From assembly GCA_051362555.1 (NCBI GenBank), contig CM120640.1, forward strand, positions 43,564,788 to 43,628,787: DNA of 64,000 nucleotides, given 5' to 3'. The notes under the pieces were generated by a model, which worked only from the letters and a program-made list of their open reading frames with translations, ran no database searches and was not told the DNA's origin. The position numbers and the translations under genes are program-made. Numbering within the stretch: position 1 is the stretch's first letter; every line of letters starts with the position of its first letter. This DNA is from Lingula anatina (taxonomy: Eukaryota; Animalia; Brachiopoda). Below, one piece after another: positions 59,901 through 64,000 of this stretch.

Positions 59901-61335
59901 AAAAACAACGAGACTGCAAATTATAGAGTTTTGAAGTAATCAGTATTTCCTTTTAACACTTACTGTATCTCTTTGGTCCATCTTCCAAACAAAAAGATAA
60001 TGTGAGAGTTGCATCATCTTCAAAAAATTCTGTAGCAAATGCATCCCACCACAAGTTTTCACTTTCCTGAAAAAAGAAATACCAAAATATAATTGATATG
60101 AAACTTATTTTCACAGATGACAAGGATACATAAATATTGCACAAATCATTCTCCAAGTTCAGTGAATAGGACTGAAAATTTATATTCAACTCATAAGTTG
60201 CCCTACCTTTAAACCATATTTTTAAATAGTTCAAACAAACAAACAAGATAAATAAATAATAACATTTAATAATAAAAAAAAATTAGGGAATTTTTTTAAA
60301 TGTACAGATAAAACATATCACTAAAAGGACTGCATAAACAGATAACAAAGTAATTTTAGACCCCATTCCCATACCTAGATTAATCTAGCAGGATCGGCCC
60401 ATCTCTGAAGGGATTCTCGCCAAATTGCATTCAGCTTAAGCACCTTAGATGTCTGGCATGCCAACTGAAGCTGTTAGGGGCTAATTAACTGATGTTTAGC
60501 AGCTTCAGTAGGCATGCCAGACATCTAAGCCGCTTAAGCTGAATGCAATTCTCGGAGATGGGTCAATCCTGCTAGATCGATCTAGGTGTGGGAATGGGGT
60601 CTTAGATACCACATGCTGGCAACTAAACCATTACAATGTTAGCACCATTTATTTCCATCTTGTTCTCACAGGGGAAAATTATAACAAATTTTTATGAAGA
60701 AAATCTCTCCCTCTATAAAATAAGTATAGGTGGTTATAAATAAGTTCTAAAGGTGACCCTACTCCACCCTCCATACAGGTGATCTGCATTAACTCTACTC
60801 AGCAGCCTTGTTACCTCTGGAAACCTTCCAGTTGGCTCTTGGCTTGATACCTTGCCATATTCATTTGATTTGTTAATGCACATATACTAGTGTAGGAAGT
60901 TTATTGAAGTGGTCAGACAGTTCCCTCCTTCAACCTTATTTGTAATCTTTTATTGTTATATTGCATGTAATGACCAAATGTCAATAAATAAATAAAAGAA
61001 TGTAGTTCCATCTAAATTTTCAGCCAACTGAAAACAATATTGTTTGTCACAGGCATTTTTATGATGTTTTTAAAGAAAGTCATGCATCAAAAAGCACTAG
61101 ACAGTAAGCCATAATTCCATTCATATAATAGTCATTCAAAAGTTAAAAAAAAAAAGAGATATGACCTGAATCCGATGAAAGTTGATACATATTTAAAACA
61201 TGCTAGTTTATCAGTCCCATGTCAAATCATCCTTTAACACAATCTTGAAAACTGAACAAGACCAGTTGCAAATGTATTGTGGATTGACTGTATTTGACAC
61301 TTTTGCAACTTGAAAAATTCTCTTTTTTCGCCATT

Positions 61336-61408
<73 letters not shown>

Positions 61409-63458
61409 GGTTTCTTTATTTGAAAAACAATGATTTGAGCAGGCTGCTAATAATGCACATGAACAAAAAAAGGTTTAAAAAATACACAATATCATAACTT
61501 GTGTTTCTCTACCCCTATACTGTATGTGAAACAGTTTAATGGATAAAGCTACCAGTGGAATGAATAATATCATCAACACAGTTCCTCATCTTGGAGGGGT
61601 TTACTCAAGGAGATACTTCTTAAATAACTGTCAAATTTTAATATTTAACTGAATCTAAAATTTATAATTTCATTAAAATTCCACATCCATGACCTCAGTG
61701 CTGATTAAAAATAAAGACCGAGTTTTTAATCAAAATTTTCATAAAATCATATCCAACTAAAAAGGGAATAAGGTTAATTTTGATTTTGAGAAGGCCCCAG
61801 GAATACAAAGTCAAAAATCAATACACAGGCTTGACGGCATTCTACCACTTTTTCACCATTCAGTGGTCAAGGAATAAAGTTTATGTTTACTGAGGTTCTA
61901 ACTAGGACTCAAGATGATAAAACCATGGAAATTTTATTTTCATATAAAAATAATCAAAATCTTTCCTTTTTCTGGTTTCTACTTGTCTGTCACAGTGATA
62001 GCTTACTGATCAATATAGTTGTTAACATAAACTTAACTCTACAGAGGTTGGAAACAACATGCAAGGTAAATCAGTTTAAAAGAATTCTCGCTAACGTTTG
62101 AGGACTTTATATAGTTTACTCAACATAAAGTCAAGAAACTGATTAAATCAAGCAGGAGATCTAGTAAGTTTTGAACCCGAGGATGATCTGAACAAAAACC
62201 CAAAAGGTAAAGGTAATTTTTTGTCACTGTGCATGAAAACAAGCCCATTTCTCTTGTTAGCATGTTTAGCAAATGATATATACCTTATTATGGAAACCCA
62301 TGACTAATAAACTGCAGCAAAGCTCACCTCTGTTCTCATCTGTAATCTCTTATTAAGTTCATAGATTCTGTACTCTGGCTGGCCCATGTACGGTGTGTGC
62401 CTCCTAGAAAACAGAAAAGTTGCAATTTCAAATGAGAAATTATACCACCATGTACAAACCTGTAACAGGCATCACTTCTTCACATAAATCTCCAAATTTC
62501 CAGGTAACCATTGGTTTCAATATCCATTCAATATCTTCAGCTTTATATTAGTTGAATTTGTTGTTCAAGCCTGAATGAAACTGCATTTCATTTTTATCTT
62601 TTTTTCTACTTCTGCGTATATACCAAACCCACTCTTGTTTCACGTTACACCATGATCTTGTACAAAAAGAAGGCTACCCTGTCCTCCTTTTCTTGTTTTA
62701 CAAATACAAACAGCAGTGCCATCTTGCAGAAATAGGCAGTTGTAAGAGCTCAAAGAAAACACCGAAAGGTTTCTGACAAGGTGCTGGGGGCCCTCAACAG
62801 GAAGATTGCCCTTTATGGTTAAGGACCTGAAAAGTTGCTTTAAATGTCATACCAAGAATTGAGGGCCTACAACAGCCTAATGTTCAATAAGCTGACACCA
62901 AGTAACATTTGAATGAAAACAGAGCAAACACACTTTTGACCGGGTGGCAGATTAGACATGGTAACTGAAAACCTTGAAATTTCAACTGGTTCAAGAGAAT
63001 TTAAGATGAAATCATCAAAAAATATCAAATGGAAGATGGGTATTTTAAAAATATTTGAAAATGCAACAATAATATTCAGCACTTTACGCCAGCCTTATAA
63101 ATCAAGTTAGGATAAGGAAAATTACCTTTTATGTTTTAAGTACAAATATAGAAATATATACTAGTAATAAAGTAGGCAACTTCTTAAACATGTGCTTCCT
63201 TTTAAACAGAATCATAAGTAATGTATCTTAATTAAACAGCTGAGTTCAGCAAAAACTATGTCTGTGTTGAACTCAGCTGTTATTTAGTATGTTTTTTTTT
63301 TTGCTTTAGACAAATAGAAAATTTTTAATATCTTTATCACTCTACATACCCACTAAATAATTTTTAGATGTTGGCAAAAAAAAATGCATGTTTGTTTGAG
63401 TCTGCAATAATATAATAAAACACTGACACACCTTCAGGTCTGCATTCACTTAATTATG

Positions 63459-63498
<40 letters not shown>

Positions 63499-63816
63499 CT
63501 CTGAACGGCTGTGACAGGGCTTCAGACATTCAGCTTTCCTAAATTTAAGAAGGCATCCAGCATCATAGATTTACCTGTAATATGCAGATATTGGGGACGA
63601 ATAGAAAGGGTCAGAATTCATAGCATGGTGGTTCATCATATTATTAGGAACATTGTTCATAATGTTATTGGGAACACTGTTCATCAGCATGCTGCCTCCA
63701 CTCCCAAGGAATGTAGACTGAGGAGGAGGGTGAGGTGGGGGAGGATTAGGCTCCTTGTACATATCTGTCCTATACAGAGGTCCGTTCAATGGTGGCCCAT
63801 TCATGTTATATGCCAT
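51506..63816 (-). CDS. LDB: LIM domain-binding protein (LDB1/LDB2/Chip ortholog), ~451 aa
   Basis: Exons (minus): 63575-63816, 62328-62403 (RHTPYMGQPEYRIYELNKRLQ), 59964-60066 (ESENLWWDAFATEFFEDDATLTLSFCLEDGPKRY), 58205-58377, 57767-57889, 57454-57534, 56830-56962 (LCVILEPMQELMSRHK...WQRMVAPP), 55389-55543 (KRRKRK NLS), 51506-51775 (LID: DVMVVGEPTLMGGEFGDEDERLITRLEN). All junctions are GT-AG and phase-compatible. A possible acceptor 2 nt before the ATG means further 5' exons may lie outside the window. Confidence 0.97.
51963..51968 (-). terminator. AATAAA poly(A) signal candidate of the transposase gene
   Basis: TTTATT on +, ~140 nt downstream of the transposase stop and inside the element. 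Confidence 0.45.
52109..54826 (-). CDS. hAT-family transposase, 2 exons, ~809 aa, uninterrupted
   Basis: Exon 1 54088-54826 (G|GTAAGT) and exon 2 52109-53799 (TTTTCAG|GA) join in frame as FTSEFLG-HATSVDM. BED-like finger CSVC...H....KH; catalytic-type motifs ILFDES, SMDGPNVN, CGLHIVHN (CxxH), RWLEN, SHGQASVERGFS; basic coiled C-terminus. Confidence 0.93.
53889..53926. repeat. (AT)n microsatellite in the transposase intron
   Basis: Direct reading. Confidence 0.95.
56125..56160 (-). CDS. Candidate 36-nt (or 27-nt) alternative micro-exon of LDB
   Basis: TACTTAATGCTTTTTGTAG|ACAATGTAG GTGGTAAAAGATCTGCAAAATTTGGTG|GTGAGTA; phase 1-1, open frame NNVGGKRSAKFG. Confidence 0.5.
60358..60602. mobile_element. 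Foldback MITE (Harbinger/Tourist-like) in an LDB intron
   Basis: AGACCCCATTCCCATACCTAGAT..ATCTAGCAGGAT / ATCCTGCTAGAT..ATCTAGGTGTGGGAATGGGGTCT; inner arms TTAGATGTCTGGCATGCC / GGCATGCCAGACATCTAA. Confidence 0.85.
61338..61405. repeat. (AT)n microsatellite
   Basis: Direct reading; explains the spurious YIYIYI ORF. Confidence 0.95.
63459..63501. repeat. (CA)n(CT)n microsatellite
   Basis: Direct reading, in LDB intron 1. Confidence 0.95.
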
Positions 63817-64000
63817 TACTAGAAATTTTGTGAAATATCTTCAATACACAGCATCTCGCATCTTAGCTGCAGTATTCCTTGTCCCCAGACAGAATCTCAA
63901 TTCCAGACACATACAAATAAATATAAAAATGACCCAGTTCCTGAAATCCTCAGCAGACGCACACTGTCACCTTTCTTAGTACTGACTGCACTGAAGGCTT

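Overview
AT-rich, intron-rich animal (invertebrate-like) genomic DNA, not prokaryotic; most short ORFs in the track are noise or partial exons. Three host genes lie on the minus strand: (1) an ANKRD55-like ankyrin-repeat gene, with 11 coding exons reconstructed at 617-7253; (2) an unrecognised >1700-aa, mostly disordered protein encoded largely by one 5.2-kb exon (17789-22961), with SUMO-interacting-like motifs and a C-terminal Ski/Sno/Dach-like domain; (3) an LDB1/LDB2/Chip LIM-domain-binding gene (9 exons, 51506-63816). The last LDB intron carries an apparently intact, spliced hAT transposon with a 5-bp TSD (hAT5-like), inserted in sense orientation 22 nt from the LID-encoding exon. The 23-47 kb interval is packed with transposable elements: a Helentron-type non-autonomous element holding a 12-copy 146-bp array rich in nuclear-receptor half-sites, an EnSpm/CACTA-like element carrying a Penelope GIY-YIG/hammerhead fragment, a 6-bp-TSD hAT-like element, nested Harbinger-like MITEs and a Gypsy gag remnant. 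I found no clear-cut new multi-gene system. The best leads are the hAT5-in-LDB insertion, the orphan giant-exon protein and the nuclear-receptor-site array. All family assignments come from recalled motifs, not database searches.
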